Assembly: GCF_001194135.2 (NCBI RefSeq)
Contig: NC_069004.1
Location: 10,334,767 to 10,398,766, forward strand
DNA length: 64,000 nucleotides
Reading direction: 5' to 3'
Origin: Octopus bimaculoides
Taxonomy: Eukaryota
Shown here: positions 43,478 through 56,099 of the stretch, one piece after another
Numbering within the stretch: position 1 is the first letter of the stretch
How the letters are laid out: every line of letters starts with the position of its first letter
Made by a program: the position numbers and the translations under genes
Notes under the pieces: generated by a model
Database searches by the model: none
What the model was told of the DNA's origin: nothing
Seen by the model: only the letters and a program-made list of their open reading frames with translations

Positions 43478-44039
43478 TAGGTGTGTATAATTTTTGGCAG
43501 TTTTTCAGTCATTTGTTATTTAAGATAACAAGGTTATTTATATATACAGGTAATTTTGGGGGTTTAATTTTGCTGATTAAACCCAAATGAGCTCTAATCA
43601 AGAAGTTCTATGATCTAAGACCTTCCAGTCACGACCATCATTTTAAGACATAAGGCTACATTATCCAACATTCTTTTTTTAACAAAGATAGCCAAGGGTG
43701 ACATGAAGGAAAATTAGCTGCTATGTCAACCAGTACCTTAAGAGTGCACTGGCACATCCCACTATCTCTCTCCCTACCTCTGACTAGGGTAGCCATGTAT
43801 TTCCTACTGCAAGACATCTACTTATATGTCTGTCATACTTATTTCTCATCATCTGGTACAAAGTAATCTTCTAAAACTACCACCCCTCTCAAAAGATCTT
43901 TGTTTTGCAAGTTACTTGGTGACCTCGCCAGTGCTGGAGCCACACAAAAAGCATTCAGTTCACACTGTATTTAATTTGTGGTCCGTGGGAAGAGCCATTT
44001 TAACGATGCGCTGCACTAACTCTTCGAAACGCCAGTGTT

Positions 44040-44246
44040 AGAATGGTGGCAGCTGATGAAGGAAATGTTCTCTATGTGGCCTGTGTGTTTTCTGTACCCC
44101 GTTTATTATTATTTTTTTGTCTACGTTTTGTTTGCAATGTCCTGTACCCAGATATGCATCTATATATACAGGTAGATGTAGGTATGTACATACATGTATG
44201 TATATATGCATATACTCATTTATTATCTGTATTATTTATATATATA
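44040..44246 (+). repeat. Interspersed repeat (GCAGCTGAYGAAGG...GATATGCATCTATA), 3 copies: about 12355-12510, 44040-44246, 54183-54370
   Basis: Shared sequence of about 170 bp, always abutting (TA)n tracts; class uncertain. Confidence 0.75.
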
Positions 44247-44614
44247 NNNNNNNNNNNNNNNNNNNNNNNNNNNNNNNNNNNNNNNNNNNNNNNNNNNNNN
44301 NNNNNNNNNNNNNNNNNNNNNNNNNNNNNNNNNNNNNNNNNNNNNNNNNNNNNNNNNNNNNNNNNNNNNNNNNNNNNNNNNNNNNNNNNNNNNNNNNNNN
44401 NNNNNNNNNNNNNNNNNNNNNNNNNNNNNNNNNNNNNNNNNNNNNNNNNNNNNNNNNNNNNNNNNNNNNNNNNNNNNNNNNNNNNNNNNNNNNNNNNNNN
44501 NNNNNNNNNNNNNNNNNNNNNNNNNNNNNNNNNNNNNNNNNNNNNNNNNNNNNNNNNNNNNNNNNNNNNNNNNNNNNNNNNNNNNNNNNNNNNNNNNNNN
44601 NNNNNNNNNNNNNN

Positions 44615-44657
<43 letters not shown>

Positions 44658-45336
44658 GAGGGAGTTTGTTAGTTAATATTACGAACTTACTTCCGAGTTG
44701 TAACTTTGTTTTATGCATGTTAAAAGAAGATTAATTTTAAAGCCCGTTTAGGAATGACGACGGAATATTTACAGTTGTATTCTAAAAATAGAGTAAATTC
44801 ACAATGAAAAAGTTGGTAGGACTTCACGTTTCGTCTAACGGCTTATTTTAAACATGTCACTTGCCGAGAGATATAGATGGTACTGAACAAACAGAAAGAG
44901 AGACTCTCTTCGCACGTTATATGAGAAATAGTAGCGAACATCCCTCAAATCACATTCTACCGTCTTCAAACAGGAAGGACACACTGGACAATGTAAGTTA
45001 TAAGATAATGATGCACACTAAACACTCTGTAACATCATAAATTTAGTTTCCAGAATGTATACAAAAGCCATGTGGGATGTGTAAGTTTCATAAAGGGTTA
45101 AACAAAATACTTGTACATTTCATATAGACAATCACTCCCTCGATTTTTCTCTCACCCACCACATACACAATTCTTATTCGATATAGCCTCGAGGGAGGGG
45201 ATATCAATTCGAAGGGTTTTTTTTATTTGTAAATACAATGGTTGCTAATTAACTGCCATGTAAAAACGAGAAAGCAGAAGGTAAATAGATAGCCAATAAT
45301 TGTGTTTGTGTATATAAATATATATATATACATTAC

Positions 45337-45453
45337 CTGTCATGGAGTAAACGGAAGTAGCAGACCATCGACTGTTTTAGTTGACAGGAGGACACGGTCG
45401 AAAAAACCAAAACAAGTGTACAACGACGAAGAAAGAATCCCTCATGGATGTTT
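45337..45453 (-). other. Predicted non-coding 5'UTR exon 2 of UPF2
   Basis: Acceptor ctgtttgtttgtttcaccag (AG at 45455-45454) and donor acag|gtaatg (GT at 45336-45335), in a CpG-containing unique segment. Splice signals only; no transcript evidence. Confidence 0.5.
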
Positions 45454-45649
45454 CTGGTGAAACAAACAAACAGTAGCTCTGCTGTTGTTGTTGTTGTTAT
45501 TATTGCTAATGATGATGATGATGGTTTGGAACGACTGCGAGACAGCTACTACAGTAGTTACGTGATTGGGGGGATGGTAACAGGAGAGAGAGAAGAGAGA
45601 GATTCCTGTAGTTATGACCACATGTGTCCGTCACACAGACAAGACTTAC

Positions 45650-45740
45650 AAAGGATGTGGGGGAGGTCGACCATCGAATTTAAAGGGGAGAAGAGGAAGG
45701 GAGAAGAACCATTGCGAGGAGGGTAACAGAATTACTATAC
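45650..45740 (-). other. Predicted first (non-coding) exon of UPF2; 5' boundary approximate
   Basis: Donor ttt|gtaagt (GT at 45649-45648), pyrimidine-rich leader, immediately downstream of an ETS motif; 196-nt intron to the next predicted exon. Confidence 0.45.
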
Positions 45741-45750
45741 CGGAAGTGAG
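45738..45750. promoter_or_regulatory. ETS/GABP-type motif CCGGAAGTG in the candidate UPF2 promoter
   Basis: Exact CCGGAAGTG at 45740-45748 at the boundary between the CpG-richer leader and AT-rich upstream DNA. This motif is typical of TATA-less housekeeping promoters. Confidence 0.45.
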
Positions 45751-45790
45751 CTTCCACCAACACCGATTCAGACATAAAAACATTCTGAAT

Positions 45791-45945
45791 ATAAATAATA
45801 AATTTTGCAATTTTTAATTATATAAATAATAAATTTTGCAGATTTTAATTATATAAATAATAAATTTTGCAATTTTTAATTATATAAATAATAAATTATG
45901 CAGTTTTTAATTATATAAATAATAAATTTTGCAGATTTTAATTAA
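45791..45945. repeat. 31-bp AT-rich minisatellite, about 5 copies
   Basis: Unit ataaataataaattttgcaatttttaattat repeated with small variants. Confidence 0.9.
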
Positions 45946-47619
45946 TATCCGTAACCATATTAATGTTATAAATAATAATTATTATTACTATCATTATTTA
46001 ATAAATAAATTCAGGAGTATATTGTATAGTAATTATAATTATTATGTTTGTCCTATCATTCGTGTGTTCCCACCTATCTCTCGGTTACCTTTTATTTGGA
46101 GTTTCGTTTCTTTTATCTCTGCTATTGCCCCTTCCATTATATCTTTACATATTGGAACCCAGTTGTCGATATTTCATTTTGGCAAATTCAATAAATACAA
46201 GGGAAAAGGAAGGAAAATAACCTGAGTATAATAGAAATATATTACAAAATTCTTATTATTGTACCCACCACTCCCGGCTTCGTTTCTTTCTAACTTTTTG
46301 AAAAGTGCACTGTTTGTAATTAAGTTTTCTAGATGTACATTTCAGATGGCATAAATTGGGGGTATTCGGAAAAGGTGAAGTGGAGTTTCGGATAGTTCAC
46401 ACTCTTCGATTCGTTTCCCCCCCCCCAAAAACTCTCTGAAAACCGAGATATTTTTGGATAAAATGTTCTACAAATACTTTTCGGATGCTGGAGATCACGA
46501 ATATGTCGTAATTTGATACGAAAAAAAAAAGAAATTGGAGTGGAATGGGATATTTCACACACGCCAACTTTTGTTTCACCATACATTTTGATAGTGAGTA
46601 AAGTATCTATCTGTAGGATTTCCAGCTTGTGTATTCTTGCACTGAATGGGTACTACACAATTTCCTTACATCAATATTTATTCAGGAACAAGAAAAGCAT
46701 CCGAACAATAATAACACTATTTGTTATGTATAGTATGTACAATTTGGTCAGTCAACAATAATCGTTACACATATAACACTCTTCTGTTCTGGTATATATA
46801 TTTCTTTATTGCCCACAAGGGGCTAAACAAGGACAGACAAAGGGATTAAGTCGATTACATCGATCCCAGTGCGTAACTGGTACTTAATTTATCGACCCCG
46901 AAAGGATGAAAGGCAAAGTCGACCTCGGCGGAATTTGAACTCAGAACGTAACGGCAGACGAAATACCGCTAAGCATTTCGCCTGGCGTGCTAACGTTTCT
47001 GCCAGCTCGCATTCGAATAGACATTAACCACGAACATATAACACTATTCTACATATCCATCACCCACCAGCCCCGCATTTACTTTTTTTTCAAATCAAAT
47101 TCCGATGTAATCGTGATCTACACCATCTGAAACGTACTCGTTGAGAATTTGAGTTTAGAACATCCAGTTTTCCGACATTTATGAAGAAACATAGTCGGTT
47201 TTAGTGGGGAGGGGTTAAAGGCATTTCTGTAGTTATAGCTCCTATCGTTTATTATTGATGTTAAACTAAAGTATTTTCTGTAAATATTTGTAACAGGTTA
47301 AAAATAAGCTGTGTTCTCCCACCACCACTACACATGGCTTTTTGTGTACATTCTGAAAATCAATGATGTCGATATTGAGTGTACACACAACACTGAAAAC
47401 ACATGAACGATAAAAGAAAAAGATGGAGGGTGGGGCTTATTTACTTCGGACTACCAAGAAAACAAACTTTATTGTTTAATTCAAGTTAGAGTGGCATTCC
47501 TTTAGTCTGAAATGCATCTTATTTTTTTGGTATGTTTTTTTACCGCATTTTACTTGTTTTCATTCGTTGGCCCCCGTATATAAATCATAACATATTTAAC
47601 TATATCTTACAGACGATAG

Positions 47620-47650
<31 letters not shown>

Positions 47651-50600
47651 GTATACATGTATATCGATGAAATTAAAGGTAGATATGAAAGTAAAAAAGG
47701 CAATCAATACGGTTATATTTCGTCATAAATATACACTCGGTTGTTGTCTTTATCATTAAAAGAAGATCGATTTTTTTTTAATGTTTGAATACTTGGCGAC
47801 AGTTCACTTTAAATTTACCGAAACCAGTAAAAAAAGATAAAAGGCAAAACAGACAGAAGAATTGTATTTGAGGTGTGAGAAAGTTTTTTGTTTTGTTTTG
47901 TTTTGTTTTTTTTCTTTAGAAGTAACACGAACTCACCAGATGCTGACGTGGATTGAACTCGCAGCTCAGATCCATAACACTTCACGTTCAAACGCCATTA
48001 AAAAAAACCAACTCATTTCTGTTTATCCCAGCTTAACCATCCACGCCACTTTTAGCTGTTAGCCTCGATCTGCTGGAAATAGCAGCCAAATCTTAATCAA
48101 ATCATACCCTAGTCTTTAAAAGAAAATAAAAGAGAGCCCTCGGTATAACGTAGTCTTAGATACACAGTCTGTAAAAACAAGATACGATGATCAGATTGGA
48201 GTGTCTACAGTCAATCAGAGCTGACCTTAACGATAACATCAGGACCACGTTAACAACTGCTATCAAGTGATGAAAAGATCTTAAAGAAGAAAAAGAGGCA
48301 AAATTTCGATCGATATTGATGTGTCTGACACATGTTGCTTTTATATAACTGTCATTTTCTCGCCTTGCAACGTCTATTGAAAAAAATACATGGAGGTTAC
48401 AACTGCCAGGCCTGCGCAACAAAGTATGGCCCACGCGACTACGTAAGCCGCCGGTTAGGGCACCGCGTGCAGACCCCGTGGATTATACACGCCCAATTTA
48501 CTTGAACGCAGGACCAGCTGAACGAGATAGGGATTTTCTGGGAGCAGGGGGGAATGCTTTTTGAGCCCTTTTTTTTTTTTTTTTTACAAGTTTATTATAC
48601 CATTTGTTTCCCACACTAACACGTAGGACCAGCTCCCCACCCGCCCCGACAACAGACAGTCTTTACAATTCCTCACTCCCTGACACCTAAAATTTATTTC
48701 TTTTTCTTCTTTGACCTATTAATAAGAAACTTACTTGCCTCAATTTTCAGAGTTTAGTCAGGTTAGGGTAGATAGGAACCACAAATCTCTTCTATGCAAA
48801 AAACGTGTAATGAATGTCAGGTCACATCTTNNNNNNNNNNNNNNNNNNNNNNNNNNNNNNNNNNNNNNNNNNNNNNNNNNNNNNNNNNNNNNNNNNNNNN
48901 NNNNNNNNNNNNNNNNNNNNNNNNNNNNNNNNNNNNNNNNNNNNNNNNNNNNNNNNNNNNNNNNNNNNNNNNNNNNNNNNNNNNNNNNNNNNNNNNNNNN
49001 NNNNNNNNNNNNNNNNNNNNNNNNNNNNNNNNNNNNNNNNNNNNNNNNNNNNNNNNNNNNNNNNNNNNNNNNNNNNNNNNNNNNNNNNNNNNNNNNNNNN
49101 NNNNNNNNNNNNNNNNNNNNNNNNNNNNNNNNNNNNNNNNNNNNNNNNNNNNNNNNNNNNNNNNNNNNNNNNNNNNNNNNNNNNNNNNNNNNNNNNNNNN
49201 NNNNNNNNNNNNNNNNNNNNNNNNNNNNNNNNNNNNNNNNNNNNNNNNNNNNATGACTGGTACTTTATTTTATTGACCTCTGAAAGGATGGAAACAAAGT
49301 TGACGGATCTAGTTTTTTTTTCATTTGCAAAATATTCATTTTTTAAAAGGAAGTAAAAAATCTGAAAATCGGCTATAATAATGTAACCTTCCAGTCTCAT
49401 TACTTTGAAGGTATGATGTTGTGGAGAGAAAAAATTGGAGAAAAAGTTAGAGGTTTAAAAATCAAAAAAAAAAAAAAATGAGTATTTTTAGCCAATAGCG
49501 AGACAGAAATTTTCTGCGTTTAGCAGAGCGGTATTAACTTTAGGGTTGTACCCTGTGAAATTTATAGTTTAACATCTAACATGTATATTGTAGGTTTCTA
49601 AATAAACAGAAATACCTAATAAAATCGACATGTATCATCTTACCGTTTCTTTAGTCTTTTCACTGATTGTATGTTTTTATCATATTTTAAAATTTGTTAT
49701 ATTAATATATTTGTCTGCAAGTGTTTACTTTATGCGTACTTCAATATTATGTATACCTGTCCCTATGCAGGTGACACGTAAAATACACCATTTCGAGCGT
49801 GGCCGTTGATCGTTACCAACGTCGCCTCCCTAGCACTTGTGCCAGTGGCACGTGAAAAGACATTCGAGCGAGATCGTTGCCAGTGCCGATGGACTGGATC
49901 CTGTGCAGGTGGCATGTAGAATACACCATTTTGAGTGTGGCCGTCGCCAGTACTGCCTGACTGCTCTCGTACCGGTGGTACGTAAAAGCACCCACTACAC
50001 TCTCGGAGTGGTTGGCGTTAGAAAGGGCATCCAGCTGTAGAAACTCTGCCAAATCAGATTGGAGCCTGGTGTCGCCTCCTGGTCCACCAGTCCTCAGTCA
50101 AATCGTCCAACCCATGCTAGCATGGAAAGCGGACGTTAAATGACGACAATGATGATGATGATGATGATGTATTTATGTACATCATTAATATATAAGTGCA
50201 TGTGTGTGTGAAAAGGGGACGTCTGTCTCCAAAACTCCAAAGTTGAGTAATGTTTTCATGCTTGGATACAACAAGAATAACACTGGTCAACAAAGAATTT
50301 GTCCCAAGGAAAAGAATTCAAAAATAAGCAGAATTCAAAAATAATGTCAAATTATTTGTATTACCCACAGTTTCTCTGTTCCACGATATCCCTCTCAATT
50401 CCTGTTATGCGTGCTAAATTTCAGTTAAGCTGTTGAAATGTGAAGCTAACAGTTTAAGAGATGCTCCTAATTTAAATTTTTATGAATAGAATTAACCTAG
50501 TGAAATCATAAATCCAGCTATCTGGATCAATGAGTCCCAAAATATATATGAAATGAAAAATATGTAAAAATATGAAAGGAAAAATATGTAAAAATACTAA

Positions 50601-53600
50601 GTGTGAAAAATCAACATAGACAACAGCTGCACAGACAACAGTGAACCACAACACAGCGTGCAGTTGTCATGGTAACAAGCTGCTAATGCCACGCTGTCTG
50701 TTGATTGGCTAAAATTGCCCAAATTTCCCAACTTTAATTCTAAATAACATCAGATTTTTTTAATTTACAAAATAAAGTAATTGGTTAGTCATAATCAAAA
50801 TTCAGGGTCGCATCGATTCACCAAAATTGAAAGCAATCTGAGCAAAATTAAGTGGGGGGAGGCTCATTTTGGGAATGAGAAAGACTAGCTCCAAGTTGAC
50901 AATAAACCTATTTGTTAAATACTGTTAAATAAATAAATGCTCTAGATCACACCAAAGTCATATGGAATTAATTCAAAAGTAATTTCTTTTTAATGGATTA
51001 ACTTCCTAATGCAATCCTGTTATAAATGGCGTATAAGTCGTGTTACCTGGTTTAAAACCATCATCTGACCAATGAATAGCTGATTGAGCTGATTCTGCTC
51101 TGATGCAAGATTTTAAACTAGGCTCTAAGTATGGGGATGCTCATGACTTCTCAATACATCATTGTCATTTACACGTCCCTGAGATGCAAAACGAAAAACA
51201 ACTAAACCTCTTGATCAAACCTCCTTCCACTAATACCTGCAGGTTTCATTCCAACCCAGATCCCACCCACAGATCACAAAAAACTCAATGCCTCAAATCT
51301 CCCAAGAGATCCATACATCAATGACTAGCTTGTCATTACATCCAAAAATAATCATCTCTTTTTCACATGACACTGACATTCACATGCAAAACCTTCACCC
51401 ACCCAAGTATCATTCACATGCAGCTGAGACAATTCACACCAAAACCAGCACAGAACTCTATGAATAGAGAAGACCTCAAAAACATCCTTCAACTGGTTCA
51501 TGTTAACCTTGATGTTTTCAATAGCAAAACACACACACACACACACACACATACACACAGAAATAAAATCTTAACTCTCCACCGCTACCCACTCTGCTAA
51601 GCATGAACTAAAGTAGAAACCTTGGGATTGCTCAAAATACAAATCCTTTTATTACTGAGGTCCTCAACAGATAAATGTATAATATCTATAACGTAGCCAT
51701 CACTGCATCTTATCAGAGTCCCAAAAATAACTGTTTCCCCCTGCCCTCCCAATAATAAATCTTATTTATCTGAAATAATTATTGCTGTCCTCATAACATG
51801 CAAATAACTGGTTGCTGTCCTTTTCAAAAATACTTATAACTCTTACAACTGCCCTCACTAAAAAGTAATAACTGTTCCCAATGTCCCCTCTAAATTAACT
51901 GTTGTTAACACCCTCCCTAAATACTCATATCTGTTGCCAGTTCTCACTTGCAATGTCTTCTTCATATTTTGAAATTCAAGAAAAAAACCCAGTTTCTTTT
52001 CCTTAAAAAATCTAACTATGAGGGATGCTTCAGTGCTACATAGCAGCACAAAGCCCTCAAGATCTCTGAGCTATTAAACTGTTGCTGATCTTTATTGTTT
52101 CCTTACCAAAGGAATCTGCCACTAACTTTTGTAGGGTCTTCTTTTTCTCCACTTCTCAACCATAATGGTTCTGTGAGTAGGACTCTCGCAGAGGAAGCCT
52201 GCACCTTTGCTTTCCACTTTGCATCAAAGTCACTAATTTTTTTAATCTCAAATTGGTTTGGTCTGGATAAAAAGCCCTTCAAGACTCTTAAAATCAGCAT
52301 TGTTTATGGTACACTTAAAACAACTGTCAGAAAATATTAGTATAGAAGGGAAATCTTCTTAGGAGAGAGGACTGGATGAAGTAGTTCTGGCAGGGTCTGG
52401 AGTTGCACAGTATGAGAGAAGGGAAGGCAAGTGTGACTGCAGAGCTTGAATGGAGGTAGCATCAGGACTGCTGGCTCTGATGAGCAAAGGTTATTGTAGT
52501 TAACTGAAAGAGGAGACAGCAGGATAATCTGAAAAAGGAAGCTGGAGGATATTGGTGAAAGACTTAATGCTAATCAATTGAGTGGCTTTGCTTGGAATAT
52601 AGTCTAGGATCTCTCCATGTGTAATAGCAATGCTGTCCCAGATTTGAATCTTACTCAAGTTTTATAAGGGTTACTTAGTTAAAAAATTAAATATTTTCTG
52701 ACCTCAAAGAGGAAGGTCAGTCATTATGATGCAAATTTTGCTATGCTGAGGCCATGAGATCACCAGGATACCTCATCAACAACAATGTTGTCTAGTCTTT
52801 GTAGCAACTCTGAGGATTGTAATTGTGTGCTTAATATAGATGGTGTACAATATTTTCTTGTTATTTGTAGTGACTCTTGTCTTAATACTGTAAAAGTTTG
52901 ATAGTTGTCATAAAGACATTAGTCTCTCTCTATCACCTTTCAACAGCATTATATATGAAGAGACATTAGAACAATTCAACAACATAATAAAAATAAGTTT
53001 TATTGTTGATGATGCTTGGTTTTATAAATCCTGTGTCACTCAGCTTAGCAGCCACTGATTAAGTTGTAATTGGTATTGGAAGGTTAAGAGCTTCCTTGAT
53101 GCCTGCCAGAGAAGCAAGTAGCTATCACCATCGAAGGCATCGAGGTGAAGAGTGCTTCGTTGAGGAGCGAGGAGTTGTCGCGTAGAAGGTCTGTCGCGCA
53201 ACTGTCTGAGAAAATGAAACTCACTCTTTAAGTACTAGTTTTACTACGCATGCGCAACTCAAGGGGCTTCCGGTGGTGAAGTCCCTAGCACATGCACAGA
53301 ATAGTACTTCCTCAATGGCGGCTATAATTTCACGCCACTACAATACTATTGAAGAAAACATTAACAGCAATAACTCCATTAGAGGATATGTTCCAGCCCT
53401 CCATTCAAAGAGGCTACACAGGTTTAGTGAGAAATGCCTAGGTCACAGGAGGTTAGAAAAAAACTAAAGGGTGTGCACTGTGTTTGGGAGTGATAGCAGT
53501 CAGGTCATTTCTCATGGGTAGAGGGAAGAGAGAAACTTAGTGTACCATTGTAGACAGAGTGTGGGTTAAAGAGAAAGAGAGAGCTATATCAAGAGATATT

Positions 53601-54368
53601 ACATTCTTATGACCTGTCAAGAAGAAATATCAATTACAAGACATGAGAGATAGAAGCAGCTCCCCCACAAAATAAGCAGTTTAGTTGTGAGAATCATGAC
53701 ACACCAAATACATTCAACTGATTTGCTGATGATGTCAAGAGAAACATGTTTATATATATACACACACATAGGTACAAATGTATATACATATATATATATA
53801 TGATAATTTTTCCAGAGGATGTAGCAACCGTTACCAATATAGCATAAGAACTTACCTTAGGAGATCATTAACTAGATTCCTTAAGGGTCGTTCTCACAGT
53901 TTATATTTATATTATAAGGTTTTTAAACTTTTAAATTTTGAATATGAAAATTTAAAAGTTTAAAAACCTTATAATATATATATATATATATANNNNNNNN
54001 NNNNNNNNNNNNNNNNNNNNNNNNNNNNNNNNNNNNNNNNNNNNNNNNNNNNNNNNNNNNNNNNNNNNNNNNNNNNNNNNNNNNNNNNNNNNNNNNNNNN
54101 NNNNNNNNNNNNNNNNNNNNNNNNNNNNNNNNNNNNNNNNNNNNNNNNNNNNNNNNNNNNNNNNNNNNNNNNNNNNNNNNNNCTAGTTAGAATAGAGGCA
54201 GCTGACGAAGGATTTATTCCAAGTGGCTATCTGTTTTCCTATGTGTTCGTTCCATTGTCTGTAGTTCATTGTCTTAACGTCCTGTACCCTGATATGCATC
54301 TATATACACATGTAGATGTAAGTATGTACATATATATGTGTGTATACATGCATATATATTCTTTGTAT

Positions 54369-54400
<32 letters not shown>

Positions 54401-54585
54401 TATATGTTTATATATAATGATGACCACTAAGTGGACATTTAATGAGCTAGAAGAAGATCACATGTTGTGTCTACTAAGACCTAATAGTTCTCAAAAGAAA
54501 TTCAGCGAAATACCAAACCGTATGCAGGCAAGACAGTGAAAATTACATAAATAAAAATAAAACATTGTTATTTGTATATATATAG

Positions 54586-54622
<37 letters not shown>

Positions 54623-54826
54623 TATATGTACAAATGTATATATATATATACACACACATTTATACATATGCACACTCGTTCATAAATACATATTCTTTTT
54701 TATGTTCCAGCCATGCAGTCATAATGGAGCATCACCATGAAACGTGAACATAACACATTCCCATACTGGGGATCAAACTTGGGCTGCCTGGACAAAAACC
54801 AGGGATCCTAACCACAAGACACACAC

Positions 54827-54876
<50 letters not shown>

Positions 54877-54879
54877 GGG

Positions 54880-55300
54880 AGAATTTACGAAAAAAAGAAC
54901 AGACGAAGACAGGTGGTGTAAATAACAAATGGATGTATTAGTTTAACGCCCGGGAATAGAGAAAGTCTTTAACGTTTCGAGCTTACACTCTTCAACTGAA
55001 AGGAACACAGAAAGAAATAAGGAGAGAAACAAAGAGAAAAAATATATAAATGTAGTGGTCAGCGATCTATAGGCAAATTAAAACTAGCAAATAACAAAAC
55101 AACAAAAGTCAAAAGGACATACAGTATAAGAGGGGGAAAAAAGAGAGTGGGGGTATAACATTTTGCGCATGACGCTTCATCAGAAAGAGGAAAAAGGAAA
55201 GGTCTGGAGAAGGAAAAGAAGTCCAAGAAAAGCAAGTATGTGGCTACACGATACACACGCATATTCACACATAGATATCTATATAGCACAAGTATTCATA
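54880..55300 (-). mobile_element. Penelope-like terminal-repeat remnant with two hammerhead-like motifs
   Basis: Minus strand contains ...TTGA-A-GAGT-GTAA-GCTC-GAAACGTT and CTGATGA-A-GCGT-CAT-GCGC-AAAATGTT. The Penelope assignment rests on these motifs; no RT or GIY-YIG ORF is visible. Confidence 0.55.
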
Positions 55301-55323
55301 CAAATATATATATATTCATACAA

Positions 55324-55672
55324 GTCTTTGGTTTCAATGACAGCTGTGCATGACTGTGGCTTTGAACTGCTTGGTCACCCACCTTGTTCTCCTGATTTGA
55401 CCCCATTTCACTATCATCTGTTCCTGAACATGAAAAAATGCACTTGGCTAGGAACCAGTATCGTAGTGATGATGATGTTATATCTGCTGTTGATGGCTTT
55501 TTTGACCAACAGAATAAAAGCTTCGTCACCAATGGGATCCAAGCACTGCAACACCAACAGAAGAAGTGTGTGGACTGCAAGGGGGGGGGGGGGACAATGT
55601 TGAAAAATAAACATTTGGTCGCATTCTATGAGAGTATCATGGTCAGCCTATGAACCTTTCAGCCAACTATCA
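55324..55672 (+). mobile_element. Mariner (DD34D-type) 3' fragment
   Basis: GFELLGHPPCSPDLTPFHYHLFLNMKK / HLARNQYRSDDDVISAVDGFF..GIQALQ; right TIR followed by TA. Same family as the 36565 end. Confidence 0.88.
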
Positions 55673-56099
55673 TATTCTCATAGATTTAACATCCACTTGT
55701 CCATGCTTGCATGGGTCAGACAGTTTATTGAAGTAGGTTTTCTATGACTGGATGCCTTTTCCATCAGCAACCCTTACCTGTTTCCAAACAAGATAATAAT
55801 ATTTTCCCATTGTGAGACAGGTTTCCGCAGAATGTTGAGAAATGAATGACATTCATTTACTACAATCATGTGACATTAGACAAGGACACACAAACATACA
55901 TGCAATAGACTGCTTTCAGTTTCTGTCTACAGACCCCCACACAAGGCTTTCATTGGCCCAGGGATTTAGTATACAGCATTTGCTCAAAGTGTCATGCAAT
56001 GGGACAGAACCTGAAGCCATGTAGTTGGGAAGCCTACTCCTCACTCAATATCTCACCCCAAAATAAAAGTATTTTCAAAAATACCAACTAGCTTATGAT

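Noticed and set aside
51000-53100. Degenerate LINE ORF1 or endonuclease
   Set aside because: Composition is suggestive but I could not recognise a diagnostic motif, so it is not called as a feature.
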